Origin: Stylophora pistillata
Taxonomy: Eukaryota
Assembly: GCF_002571385.2 (NCBI RefSeq)
Contig: NW_019217794.1
Location: forward strand, 1,314,116 to 1,378,115
Reading direction: 5' to 3'
Length of the DNA: 64,000 nt
The first letter of the stretch is position 1, and every line of letters begins with the position of its first letter. The notes below the pieces were generated by a model. It searched no databases, was not told where the DNA came from, and saw only the letters and a list, made by a program, of their open reading frames with translations. Below, piece after piece: positions 50,401-63,459 of this stretch. The position numbers and the translations under genes are program-made.

Positions 50401-53400
50401 AAATCCATTCAAGCCAGAGGCCCTGTTAATTGGTGTAGACCTCTACATTCCTATGCTAACCATTGACAAATCCCTTTCATGGCTGAGAAGCATACGAATG
50501 CGGGACCAAAGCTAACTCGCTCATGACTTAGTGTAGATGACACAGTTGGCGTAAAACAAAAGGGCATTAAAAGACAAAAGAGCAAAACAATGAAAATAAT
50601 AGGTCAACGAGGCTCTGTTTTATTGTGATGTGTCCTCTGTCTTCTGCATGAAGATGGAACCGGCTAACTTAATCAAAACTGATCATTTATTAGGAGTAAT
50701 CAAACAGAATCAGAAAACTTGAAATTTTTAGCTTTGTGGTTCAATAGATAAATATGTTTTACCTTTTATTAACGTTCAATTATTGTTTTAACTCTTTCAG
50801 TGGCACCAGGGCAATGTGGTGGTGCTTTAGTCGGCCCATCCGGGAACTTAGCATCTCCTAATTACCCTGGAAACTACCCCAGCAATGCGTATTGTGTGTG
50901 GACCGTAACAGTACCTCCGGGCTCACAATTCAGGATTGACTTTCTCTTCATCGAAACAGAACCTTGGTGAGTCAAAACCTGTTTTGGTTATGGTCTATGT
51001 TTTTATTTTTGCGCCTTCTTTTCTTTATCAGCCTTCTTTTTTCGTCTCTGCATTAACACCGAGTTTGCAAAGCGTGAGAAGGGATTCCAGTATGATGCTC
51101 CGTTTAAATTTGAAGCTATTTTATGCAATTCAGAAGTTTTAGTGTATAAACCATATCATTTCCCGACGCAGATATGGTGTGAGATGATAGATTTAAAAGT
51201 GAATTATACAGGCATTTTTTCAACGGTTGAAAAGTGCTATCAGTAATCTGCAGACAGAACTTAGAAAGTGGCTTCAGAAAGTGTATTTGTTACTTAAAAC
51301 CGTAATTAAAAAATTAAACATTGCTTGCTCTTGCAATCATTGTCACCCGTGATGTTTTGAAATACTTTTGAATTGCTCATTCAATTGCGAAAACTTCCTC
51401 CAGAAAATCACGATCCGCAAAATAAACCAGAGTTGATGCGCTAAAAAGTACCCAATGTCAAGGGAAGTGGAAAACAACCAAATAACTTAAAATCTCTCGA
51501 CAACTAATATAAGTTTTTGTTCTCATTGTTAACATGACTACAATTAATATTACTATAAATCAACATCGTCATCATTATCAATATCATCACCATTCTTATT
51601 ATGATCATAGTTATCCTTACAATACCATTTTGGTTCTGATTATGAATACCACTATCGTTATTATTGCTCTGATTATCATAATCGTTATTATCAACATCAT
51701 AACCACTATTATTCTCATAGTTATCCCAACAATATCATATTTGTTCGCGTTATGAATATCGCTACCATTGTTATTAAAATTATCATCATCGTCATCATTA
51801 TCAATATCATCACCANNNNNNNNNNNNNNNNNNNNNNNNNNNNNNNNNNNNNNNNNNNNNNNNNNNNNNNNNNNNNNNNNNNNNNNNNNNNNNNNNNNNN
51901 NNNNNNNCTTATTAACCAAGCGTGAGGGCCGTACTGGGAGAATATCAGCCCGAGGTCTTGACAGTATGGACCGAGCACAGCGAGCTCCATACAGAAAAGA
52001 CCGAGGGCCAATATTCTTCCAGTACGGTCCCGAGCAAGCTTGGTTAATAAGAGAATTATTGTACGACTGAAGTTCAAAGGGACACAAGTGCGGTATCATT
52101 CGGAACCATTCGGGACAGTGCCCAGTCCAATACTGAGAAAATATTGACCAGCAATAGAGCATTTTGATTAGTTAACCGCCTCCCGGTTAGCTCAATTGGA
52201 TAGAGCGCTGGACTGTTGTGCGGGAGGTCGAGGGTTCGAGCCCCGGCCGGACCAACACTCAGGGTCTTAAAAATAATTGAGAAGAATTTGCTACCTTTCT
52301 ATAACATCAAGAAATGGTTAGATATTCTAGTCTTCTCGGATAGGGACGAATAAATGGAGGTCCCGTCTCCTGCAGGGTTGGGGTAGGAGACGTTAATTTC
52401 CCACACACGAGATTACTGTGTGATGGATGTCCTCCCCTGGGGTGGGATGGGTGGGATATAGGGCGCACTTAATAAGGAGCCTCGCTCTGTTGTGCGACCC
52501 TCACCACACTCTGGTGAAAGTGAGTAAATTAAATTAAATTAAATATCATAACCATTATCATTATCATCATGATAGTTATCCCAACAATACCATATTTGTT
52601 CTAATTATGAATATCGTTACCATTTTTATTAAATTGTCATCATCGTCGTCATTATCAATATCATCACCATCGTTATTATTATTGTTCTCCTCAGTATTAT
52701 AATTTCTTATTTATTGCAGCTATGATTTGGTGAAAGTCTATCAGGGAAGAAGGCTGATCCGTCGTCTGACTCACGGAGGGGAATCTAATGACAAAAAATA
52801 TTTCAAGAATAAAAATGATGAGAACGACGACGACGAGTGTGATGACGATGATGAGGACCAAAAGGATGATAATGATGACGATGAAAAAAATGGAAAGAGA
52901 AAATACACGTTTGCCGAGCCTCTGAGAGCAGACAGTAAAGCAAAAGTTGTCTCCGTTCATGGTAATGGGGAACCCGTGAGGATTGTGTTCAAATCCGATC
53001 CATGGGTGACAAGGAGAGGATTCTTTGCCCATTACACCATGGGGAAAGGTAATAACTGTGATGATACATTAATACAATCAAGAGATAATCCAATACAATA
53101 AAGATACAGCAATCCTAAATTGATATCTGCTGGTAATTTTAAAACTGATCACGACATTTGTTGATAATACGTGAGAAATAACACTCCTGTATCACACATT
53201 ATGATGACGAGAAGCCTTTGATTGTTAAGCAAATTCTCCTCGTCTACAGCTCAGGAAATGTATTGAGAACTGTATGAAAAATATGTAATTTGACTTTTTT
53301 ATGTTGTAGAGGTTTAATTATTACCTCTTGACAATCCATCTCCTAAATCTCCTTGACTTAACAATCTATTCTCTCTTTTAGCCCTATGTGCTGGTCCTCT

Positions 53401-54414
53401 GGCTTCACCATCCGGGAACTTTACTTCGCCAGGTTTTCCAGCAAATTATCCGAACAATGTTGAATGTAAATGGACTATCACTGTTCCTCTTGGATCAACT
53501 TTGGTTTTCAATTTCCGCGCCTTTGAAACAGAACGGTGGTAAGTTCACTGTTCTTCAGCAAGTTGTAGTGATAGGAGGAAATGGAAATCATCAAATCATG
53601 TGAAGTGACATGGCCTTTAATATGTCCCAAAACGTATGCTTTTGTATCAGCTCGAGGTTTGGAAATAAAAGCCTTGTGTCACATTGAGAACTGCTCAAAC
53701 TATGATAGAACTATTAAGACCATATAAAGAAAAAAATCCTGAAAACATCCTGAAAACCTTAATCGTTTCAATACTTCCATAAAAGAGATAAACTTTACTT
53801 ACCTCGGGAATAACACGGAAATAATCTATCCTCGTATCTCTCTTTTCTTTTGAAATATATCTTATACGCAGGGTTCTGTTTCAGAGTAACTTGGCTAAAC
53901 AGGACGCTTAATTCAAGTTTTCTAGATATTTTGTATCCAGCTTCTACACGTTTATGAGCGAGATCGTAGATTTTCCTCTTTTATATAAATTTCAAAAGCA
54001 CAAAAGAGAATAACGTACAAAGTTGTGAAACAAAGTAATGCAACTTTGTTTCACAACTGTTAGTAAAAGCTTTTTTTCCCTTTTTTTTTTGTAGTTTTGA
54101 TCACGTCAAGATTCTCCGTGGCTTTCGGGAGATACGTAGTTTGAGTGGCATATACGGGGCTTATTCGTGGTTCACAGGGAGACACGACGATTTCTTAGAT
54201 GACGATTGTGATGATGACGACGATGATGATGACGATGACGACGACGATTGGATGAAAAAATTTCGTCATGGATTCGGGATGACAAAAATTCATGGTTTTC
54301 CATTCCTGCCTCGAGTATTCATCCTGGGAAATGGTGAACACATATCGACTAATTTCAAGTCCGACAAGATTATCACCTTTAAAGGATTTGATGCCACTTA
54401 CAAAGTTGTACGAG
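47455..54414 (+). CDS. Gene A': inverted paralog of gene A (terminal exon unresolved)
   Basis: Exons 47455-47481, 50163-50238, 50801-50966, 52720-53048, 53382-53538 and 54095-54414 join in frame; N-terminus MKALVTALAFVLAYIIVTQS. Confidence 0.85.
49450..50085 (-). mobile_element. Penelope-like element 3' remnant (GIY-YIG C-terminus, inverted terminal copy, degenerate hammerhead)
   Basis: Peptide SKPVARHFNLPGHS...RKNLEQKLIFQTGSLNPTGINERFSF. 49687-49770 is mirrored at 49999-50083. Hammerhead-like motif at ~49568-49601. Confidence 0.8.
51908..52172. mobile_element. Second copy of the 28266-28580 hairpin repeat
   Basis: Reverse-complement match to 28305-28572. Confidence 0.75.
52176..52544 (+). 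mobile_element. tRNA-derived SINE with (TAAAT)n tail
   Basis: TAGCTCAATTGG A box, GGTTCGAGCC B box, shared body. Confidence 0.85.
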
Positions 54415-54504
54415 GTAACTTGCTTTTTGTTCATGATATTCTCTAGGTGAGAAGAAACTCTTACACAAAATGGCAGATCTGAAAAAATGGCTGAAATAAC
54501 TTAG

Positions 54505-54758
54505 TTTATTTTTCAATTTATTAGATTCGCCGACAGGCAGGGACACCGCGACAGCTTGCGCCAATTACTGCGGGTCCAGTAAACCCACCCATCCCACCCC
54601 AGGGGAGGACATCCACCACACAGTAATCTCGTGCGTGGGAAATTAACGTCTCCTACTCCTACCCCTGTAAGAGACGGGCCTACGGTTTTATTCGTCCTTA
54701 TCCAGAAAGACTAGAATATCTTTCTATTTCTTGATGTTATAGGAAGGTAGCAAATTCC

Positions 54759-54793
<35 letters not shown>

Positions 54794-54863
54794 CCGGGGC
54801 TTGAACCCTCGACCTCTAGCACAACAGTCCGGCGCTCTACCAATTGAGCTAACCAGGAGGCGG
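54505..54863 (-). mobile_element. tRNA-derived SINE
   Basis: Reverse complement of the same head and body; absent from the mirror arm near 3965. Confidence 0.85.
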
Positions 54864-55638
54864 AGGCTTATGGAGGGAAGGAGGGTGGTGAGCTTCGATT
54901 TCCGGTACTTTTTTTATTCATCATAAAAGGGTTAAAAAAAAAAGATTGGCAAATATCTTATTTTAGCTTCTCATATGGAAAGATTGTTATTCACTCAATT
55001 TTCTTTTCTTGTCCCTATATTCATGTGTTAATCTTTGGACATTACCTGAGAAAAGTCTACGGAGTCATTTAGCTTTATAGCCAATCTTTTATAAGTGTGT
55101 TCGTATTATGGCATGTCGCTCTTCCAGCAAATTTTTTTCAAGGTCATTGATATACTCATTCATAAAGAAAAGCTTATCAATGAGTATTGAACAATTTTCA
55201 TTGCTTCAAGACGCACGGTAAACAACTTTTTTACTGATTAATTAGCGTGATCATCCAAACCATGGCCATGAATCGAAAAGCTGGTCCGTCACTCGCCATC
55301 AACTCGTGACTTAAAGAGCTTTTCAGTTTTTCTCTCAAATCCCAGACAATCAGAATATGTATATATTTCTAAAGGAGCCGATCCTTTTGTTAAAGAATTG
55401 GCTCTAATCAATCACAGAAAGCGTAACATCACATTGTTTATTCCACAAACGTAAACTTGGCTAATACGTTTTCTTTTCAGGTCCAGTAAAAGGAAAGTGA
55501 TGAGTGATGACTACAGAATGAACNNNNNNNNNNNNNNNNNNNNNNNNNNNNNNNNNNNNNNNNNNNNNNNNNNNNNNNNNNNNNNNNNNNNNNNNNNNNN
55601 NNNNNNNNNNNNNNNNNNNNNNNNNNNNNNNNNNNNNN

Positions 55639-55808
55639 AAACCCACCCATCCCACCCCAGGGGAGGACATCCACCACACAGTAATCTCGTGCGTGGGAAA
55701 TTAATCCTACCCCTACCCCTGTAAGAGACGGGCCTACGGTTTTATTCGTCCTTATCCAGGAAGACTAGAATATCTTTCTATTTCTTGATGTTATAGAAAG
55801 GTAGCAAA

Positions 55809-55839
<31 letters not shown>

Positions 55840-55917
55840 CGGTCCGGCCGGGGCTTGAACCCTCGACCTCCCGCACAACAGTCCGGCGCTCTAACAATTG
55901 AGCTAACCAGGAGGCGG
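55639..55917 (-). mobile_element. tRNA-derived SINE inside a probably redundant assembled block
   Basis: 55639-56576 repeats 54581-55523 across an N gap. Confidence 0.7.
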
Positions 55918-58316
55918 AGGCTTATGGAGGGAAGGAGGGTGGTGAGCTTCGATTTCCGGTACTTCTTTTTTTCATCATAAAAGGGGTGAAAAAAAAGACT
56001 GGCAAATATTTTATTTTAGCTTCTCATATGGAAAGATTGTTTTTCACCCAATTTTCTTTTTTTGTCCCTATATTCATGTGTTAATCTTTGGACATTACCT
56101 GAGAAAAGTCTACTGAGTCATTTAGCTTTATAGCCAATCTTTTATAAGTGTGTTCGTATTAAGGCATGTTGCTCTTCCAGCAAATTTTTTTAAAGGTCAT
56201 TGATATACTCATTTATAAAGAAAAGCTTATCAATGAGTATTGAACAATTTTCATCGCTTCAAGACGCACGGTAAATAACTTTTTTATTGATTAATTAGCG
56301 TGATCATCCAAACCATGGCCATGAATCGAAAGGCTGGTCCGTCACTCGCCATCAACTCGTGACTTAAAGAGCTTTTCAGTTTTTCTCTCAAATCCCAGAC
56401 AATTAGAATATGTATATATTTTTAAAGGAGCCGATCCTTTTGTTAAAGAATTGGCTCTAATCAATCACAGAAAGCGTAACATCACATTGTTTATTCCACA
56501 AACGTAAACTTGGCTAATACGTTTTCTTTTCAGGTCCAGTAAAAGGAAAGTGATGAGTGATGACTACAGAATGAACGCTTTTGAAAAATCACGCGATAAC
56601 ATTTCCTTCGATGTTTACCTCTCTGCCCTTGATGTCCTTTATCACACGCTGTTATTAGACACGTTTCTCTTTAATTATTCCTGATGATAACTGCCAAGAT
56701 TTTCCATTGTTGTAGTTTGAAAAATGTACGTTGAAATGATGAGAAGAAAAAATTTTATCCATTTTTTTGCATGTGGGGTTCACAAAACGCACGTGCGGGA
56801 TTTATTGTCACAGTTTTCAATCTGAAAATAGAAGCTCCTCCTCTTGTTAAGATTAGTGTGGAAAAAATGGCATATTAGAGATGTATCCTGCTGTGATTTG
56901 AAACTCAAATGAGGTTGATAAGAAGGCAATACATAACGCTGCGGATGAGAAATCATTATGTAAATCAACGACATCCTTGATGAATCGTGTGTTGCCAAGA
57001 TTGACAAGGGCGATTCACACTGGATTAGAAGCCATCGACTATTTCTGAGAGGAAATTTCTCACATATTGCCAGATACAAACTTGCAATCTGTAATTCAGC
57101 CTGGTTTTTCTGCATGTATCATATTCTTGAGTTCGAAGACATCTCTTCAACGATCAAATAGCCCTGTATGAGGAGATACAGTGAACAGTGAAAGCCGCAG
57201 CCGAAGAAATAAGAACAAACGAGTTAAGAGGGCATGCGAGGCGTTTCATGGTATGGATTCTGATATTCTCAAAGTAAAATTACAGTACCCATTATCTTGC
57301 TATTTTTATGTAATTTATTCTAGGATTTGGAAATTTAAATTTGACTACCAAAACTATCAAAATTTAGTTAAATCTGTCGGCGACAATGCTCTCAATTTAT
57401 TCTATTTTTGAGCCTTCAATGGGACAAATGGTAATGTAATTATTAATCACACACAATAATTTTGCAGTGATATCACTGGCTGAAAGCCTCAGGGAGAATA
57501 TGGACTTTAACCCCACAGCCCCCCTCTCCCCTCTTAAAGTGTTCAAAACTTTTACATGTACCATGTTTCATTTCGCATCAATGAACCAGTTACTTTTGCA
57601 AATCACATTCTGTTTATTCTTCTAGAGAATCATACAAAGGTTAATACATGTATAAGCAAATCTCAGCACGAGTTACAGTACCACTTGCCGTCCACCAGAA
57701 TGAAAAGGTTAGACCTCGTTACAAATTATCAGAAAAAGGTAAGGAAAAAACTCTAGCTGGAATCATCAACGATCGTCTCCCCTGTAGCGTTCTGAAAATT
57801 GATACAACGGATTAGAGTTAGTAAATACCTGATAAGCGTAGCTTGGTTCCACAAGATCAAAATTGTTGTCGCGTACTTTTTATATACTGAGAGGTTCAGG
57901 AGCCGAGGATTCGAGTTATTATCATCATTTTCTTTTATGATCAAGTAAGTATTGTCGAGGTAAGGGGCGAGAATGGAGGGGGTAGTTTTGTTGAATAGAA
58001 CCTTACGGGCTTAAACTCCATCGAGCCACCCAGCTCCCGCTTCCATGGTTTTCCCATGGTTTTCAGTGATATGTGTAGATACAGTGAAAGTGGTAGACTA
58101 AAAGTTAAGCAAAGGCTAAGATTAGAAATGAATACCATGTGTATCACTCAAAGGTCTATCAATTCATCGATAAATTAAACGAAATAAACCTAGAACTCTC
58201 ACGTTTGGATCGGTCATTGAACAAGGTGCTGCTACTTACAGCACATGATTCTACACGGAATGTTTTTTTCGGCGAAAGGGTTTAAAACTGGTCGTTTACG
58301 AAAAAATACCACTCAC

Positions 58317-60088
58317 TTCTATTCTGGACCCTGATTTCAAATCCTTTCTCCTGGCCATCATTGCCATCGGAAGTAAACGTGGCAATTATGGGTTCATTGC
58401 TTTGCGATCCACAAATGAATTCATATCTGTATTTCGTTTTTCTTCCCCTTGGATAGATGGATGAGAAATACTCGTCATAGATTTCTTCCAAGTCATTTGA
58501 GTCGTTATTTTCAAATCCAAACGGAAAAAAACCATGAAGAGAATTGGGTCCAGCAACTTCATCATCATCATCATCATCATCATCATCGTCGTCGTCGTCG
58601 TCGTCACCGCCCCTCAACTTACAACCATATCTGGACCTCTTAAGTTCAGAATCACTAGTTATGCTCAAAAGTTCTTGCCCCCCTTGCTCGAAAGTTAAGG
58701 TATCCCTGCAAAAGAATGATAATTTATAAATAAACTAACGTTTTTATAAAACCCTGTTTAGTACTCGACTTATGTAAGTTTTTCAAACAAAATTTTTCAT
58801 TATGGACAACATATTTTTCATCTCCACTGCGTCAACAGAAAAACAGTCATTAGAACTAAAAATACGAATGGTTGATTATTGTTTCATGAAACACCAGCCA
58901 TCGGTCAACGGGCGTAAATTCATACTGTTGGTTGTGATAAAAAAGTTTAAAAAAGTAGTAATTACAATAATAAAAGTGTACACAAACGCACAAAAAGCTT
59001 ACCCTTGTCCAAGTTCGAATGACTCCTTAATTTCAAATTTTAGTCTAAGATAACGGTCTTCTGCGAGAGAACCAAGATCCCACGTTCTGGTAGTACTAGG
59101 TGGATAGCTGCCAGGGAAACCAGGCGATCTAAGTTTTACAGTTTTGCCTGTAAATAAACATATATAGAAGTATTAAATTGTAAGATTTTTCCATTGTCCA
59201 TGATGTTTTAACACAAATGCTAATCAGTGGCTCCAAAACTGAAAAGGTGACATCATCAATCTATGCAAATGACTCAAGGTAAATGAGTTAACTGACCCCC
59301 CGGTGACGATGTTTCCATTGATTATTCTAGAAATAGCGCTTTCAAGGACATTTTGAAAGCATAAGAAAGTCAAATACATTATATAATCTCACCATCTGCG
59401 CAAATTTGTATGTTGCCGTGTAGATCCTCGTGTTATCTAGGTATACTTTAAAGTAAATTTTCAGAAAACAGACACTTTTTTTGTGAAGTTACTCTCTCTA
59501 TTTGGTTTCTCTTATGGAAATTAATATCTCATTTCTAAAAGTAAAGTAAACCGCGCGTTTGCCTGCTGATATACGTCCTGCGTTACGTAAAAGCTTAACT
59601 TAGAAATTTTAATCACCTGGGTTAATTGTGATCATTGTCGGTGCGGGTGTCGTAGGTGCTGCGGTGGTCGTCGGTGCTTCGGTGGTCGTTGGTGCCTCGG
59701 TGGTCGTTGGTGCCTCGGTGGTCGTTGGTGCCTCTGTGGTGGTTGGTGCCTCTGTGGTGGTTGGTTCCTCGGTAGTGGTCGGCCCTTCGGTGACTGTCGT
59801 CGGCGCAACTTCGGCATTGCATAAGGTGGTATTGCAACATTCCAACGAACAAGACGTTAGGTTTCCTCCAGCGGATTCGTTACGCGAATTGCATAAGGAG
59901 TCGCTACTGCAAAGTAAATCCGGTAAACAGAACTTAAGAAGGCCTGGCTGATTGGCATTATCAACTGTCCGTATAGTCATACAGGCAAATTCTGCTTTAC
60001 AGTCGTCCACCTTTTCATTGGAACAATCATCTACGCAAGTGGTGCACATTAATTCGGACTCAATTTCTGTTATGCATATCAACAGCAC
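58317..60088 (-). CDS. Gene D: Ly6/uPAR domain, (TTTEAP)n stalk and one divergent Asp-loop CUB (first and last exons unresolved)
   Basis: Exons 60088-59617, 59147-59003 and 58705-58317 join in frame; LMCTTC...CCNTTLCN; RSPGFPGSYPP...FTSDGNDGQEKGFEI. Confidence 0.8.
59640..59785 (-). repeat. Coding 18-bp tandem repeat (PTTTEA)n
   Basis: GGTGCCTCGGTGGTCGTT-type units on the plus strand. Confidence 0.9.
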
Positions 60089-63000
60089 CTAGGGAGAAGA
60101 AATTAATTATCTGTTAGTCCCCTAGTTAAGGATATACTGTTTATATTCTGGATCTCCTTTGTGTGACTGAAAATGGTGCCTAACTAAATAGCAGAAGGAA
60201 AAGAAATTTATATGCCCTTAAAAGAAAATCCTAACAATTTCTTCATATTGTACTGTACTCTAGTGCGACCTAGCTTCCTTGGAACACGCCCGAACTTAAA
60301 TAGATTTCCTTAATGAACAACACAAGGTGCACTGGCAGCGCACATGTCGGTGTGAGATGTAAGTCATTTGCATAAATCGCTTGAAGAAAATGTTTAGGCT
60401 GTACGTTTAGCGTCCTCGGCAATTTGATAGTTCGGTACAGGTAGTTTGGCAGTTTTGGATTTTTTCTTTGAGCATGTTTCAGATTTCGTCGAGATCGTAG
60501 TGCTGATTTGTGTAAATTTTTCAAATGATGATGTTAGAAAGTCAAAACATCTTCACACTTCAGGTTGGCTTTCAACTAAAGTGTCGCCGCACAAAACATC
60601 TGCGGGGCGTGCACCAACTACAAAAGCTTGCAAGATATGTAAGGCATTTCCATGAGAATAATCGGCTATACGATAAAGAACCTGGGGCAGTTGGAAATAT
60701 GATAGAGGAGTGAATAAAGGACCCATAAAGGTTTCTTTTATACGAGCATCTTGCATTTTAATCTGTTCAGACTGTCAGATGGTAACTCTTTATCCAGGTA
60801 ATGGACAAACGCATCAAGATAGAGTTTTGATCTGTTGTCTAGATTTATCTTTACGTTAAGATGATGAAAACAGATATTCCTAACACTACAACATATACAC
60901 CTTAGGTTCACAAAGGTGAATTGGCTTTTAGGGAAATGTTGCAAAACTAATATCAATTGATTATATGAAGTTGTACATTCCTGAGCAAGCGTATCGTCAC
61001 ATTTGATACAGCTGGAAAAAAAATTTTGGCAAAATTGCTAGATGTGTTTAGCTTGACATCACTAGTGCTCATTAATGTTTCAGAAATGTCAGAGTAATGC
61101 ATCCGAAATTATTACCGAAGAGCTGCAACTTGGTTTGGGTATGTTTTCGTTTCCCCACTTTTAGAATTCTTGGCATGTTAGTTGGTTTATTTGCAGAAAG
61201 TATCTGCTATGAACTTGAGAGAAATCAGTCGCTGCAAGGATTTTCAATTAGCTAACAACTATACAAGACCCACCGTTAGATAAAGCAGAGAATCTTTCAT
61301 CTTTAACAGCTTGAATCAATCGACTGCTATAGTTCCCTTTCAAGAATGATAGTAGAAGTGTACGTCTCTTTACATACTTTGAGTCAAATATTGGTTATGA
61401 CGGTCACATTATATAGCTAATAGCGAGTGCCTTCTTAGAGACACCGCGTCTGAATACCCGTATTGACTCTGTCTGCAGTAATATAGCTTTGATTGTCACT
61501 TCCGTTTATTGATATCAGGAGAAAAAACAAAACGATCACGTTTCGTTTTGTGTACTTAACAATTGTCATGTTTTATTTCAGTCGTTTATAACAAGCAACT
61601 GCACTGAGCTTTTTAGACAAGGCCAAGGAGACAGGCAAAAGAATGCAGTAATATATCTGAAGCACTTTGATAAAGAAGTTATATTGTGCTACGGATTCTT
61701 CATTTTTGTATTTCATTCCTGATATTTTGAACTGAAAAGAAATTATTCTAGTTCTCGGCAAAACAGCCCAACAAACAAACCGCTTTCTTGTTTGCTATTC
61801 TAGATATATTTAACACCTCTAATATTTGGGTTTTTTGTGTGGGTGAAAATGAATCATGAATAAATATTAATATGACTTACTCAAATTTCCCAAAATTTAC
61901 TCAAAATTCACGTTAATTTCACTTCGTTGTATATTTCCATCATACGAGGATATAAAAGGAATACATTTGCACAATTGATAGATAAAGAGAGAAAGAACAG
62001 AAGATAGATTAACTTAGTCACATTAATCAATTAAAAACCACTAAAGCATTTGGTGCCGACACCCTATAACCGCTTGGCAATCGAAGGTTTTTTCCTGCTG
62101 GAACGGTTTGCTGTGATTCACTTTTTCATATACTGGTCTCACGGTTAAAACATATCCGTTTTTTATTTGCCTATATAAGCCTAAAATAATTAATCTATAT
62201 CAAACAATCAACATAACGGAATTGAAGGAAAAAAAGTTTTATCAAGATAATTGATCTTTAAAGAGGATAATATGAAGCTTTATTTTGCCAAGTAACGATC
62301 AAATAAATATTGAAGAGTGTACGCTCCAAGTTTAAAAAAAAAAAGGGAGTTTTAACCGGACTTTGATGGAAAAGAAGAATTTTGATCACTTACCGTTGCT
62401 TTTCTTTCTTTTCTTTCTTTCCTTTCCTTAACTTGTGCTTGGAATTTTGAGGAGAAAACAAAGACGTTTGGGAAAGCAGCTCATTCAATATTTTTCAAAA
62501 AAGCGGTTCATAGCAGATACACACATTTTTTTTTTTCTAATTGAAAAAAGTTGTTTCTATGAGGTAAGCACAGAGCGATTACAAGAGCCAGGCGTCAATG
62601 AAAATCTCTTAAAAAAAGTCTTAGAATTTATAGTTACGATATTTTTGCTTAACGTACGCTAAGAATGTATTCGAGAGCCAGAGTGTGGTAGCAATGTTTA
62701 TGTTGTTCGTGATATACGTGTCTGTGAAAATGGGAATAAATCCGATTAATCCCACAAGCTAATATCTACATTTGCTTTTTCTTAATTCAAAACCATAGAG
62801 CTCCACTGGCATTGTATCATTAGAATATCTGTGTGGAAATTATCTTTAAATGATGACAATTATCTTCATGGTTTTTTTTAGGGTAAAGTGTTTGATTTAT
62901 TACGCTTCTATCCCGTCAAACTAGAATACTATGATATTTATCTATTTTCTTACAATCTGTTCATAGTTTATGTCCACAAAGTCTAGATTCTTCTAGGTTG

Positions 63001-63459
63001 AAAGCAAAGGAAGAAGCCTATATTGATTGTTATGCACACTCCATGCATCATATTGTTGATACATGCCGATCGCACCAAACAAGATATGGAGTAGCAACTA
63101 CTGTAAGCCACTAATGAGCGTTTGATATTTTTTCGTAGAAAAGCATTGATTCAACCTAATTCATTTCCTTTTTTTCGATGATACTACTTTAAAATCACGC
63201 ATTCAATGTTATTCTTGACCCTTACCTGTTAACTGAATCAATCGCAGAGACCACTTGAATACACATTTCTCCTGTTCCAAAGAGATATTTAGACAAAGCG
63301 GCTCCATGCGAATTCATATCTAAAAGGCTCAGATGTATACCTATAATTTCATTGACCATAATAATAATTATAATAAATGATATTTTAAGAGGAGGCTTCC
63401 AATCACCCGAAGGTGGTTTTCAGGAGGGTCCTCTAAAAATAAAAATAAAAATAATAATA

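Larger units (their letters stand above)
33765..59210. repeat. Right arm of the inverted segmental duplication
   Basis: Mirror of 250-20820 with arm-specific insertions such as 33884-34325, ~34900-35990, ~42080-43090 and ~48595-50085. Confidence 0.93.

Noticed and set aside
51453-51815. Segment apparently identical to left-arm 6050-6410, suggesting gene conversion
   Set aside because: It ends at a gap and overlaps a diverged version at 52545-52700, so misplacement of left-arm reads is at least as likely.
52176-52255. Possible tRNA genes (also 8830-8895, 17085-17155, 54785-54863)
   Set aside because: tRNA-like heads continue into shared repeat bodies and are absent from the mirror arm; they are SINE-type elements.
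54581-56576. Apparent ~940-bp tandem duplication
   Set aside because: Near-identical copies abut an N gap and the mirror arm has one copy; probably two haplotypes assembled in tandem.
60270-62662. Short ORFs and candidate first exon of gene D
   Set aside because: No recognisable motifs, and I found no convincing phase-0 signal-peptide exon.
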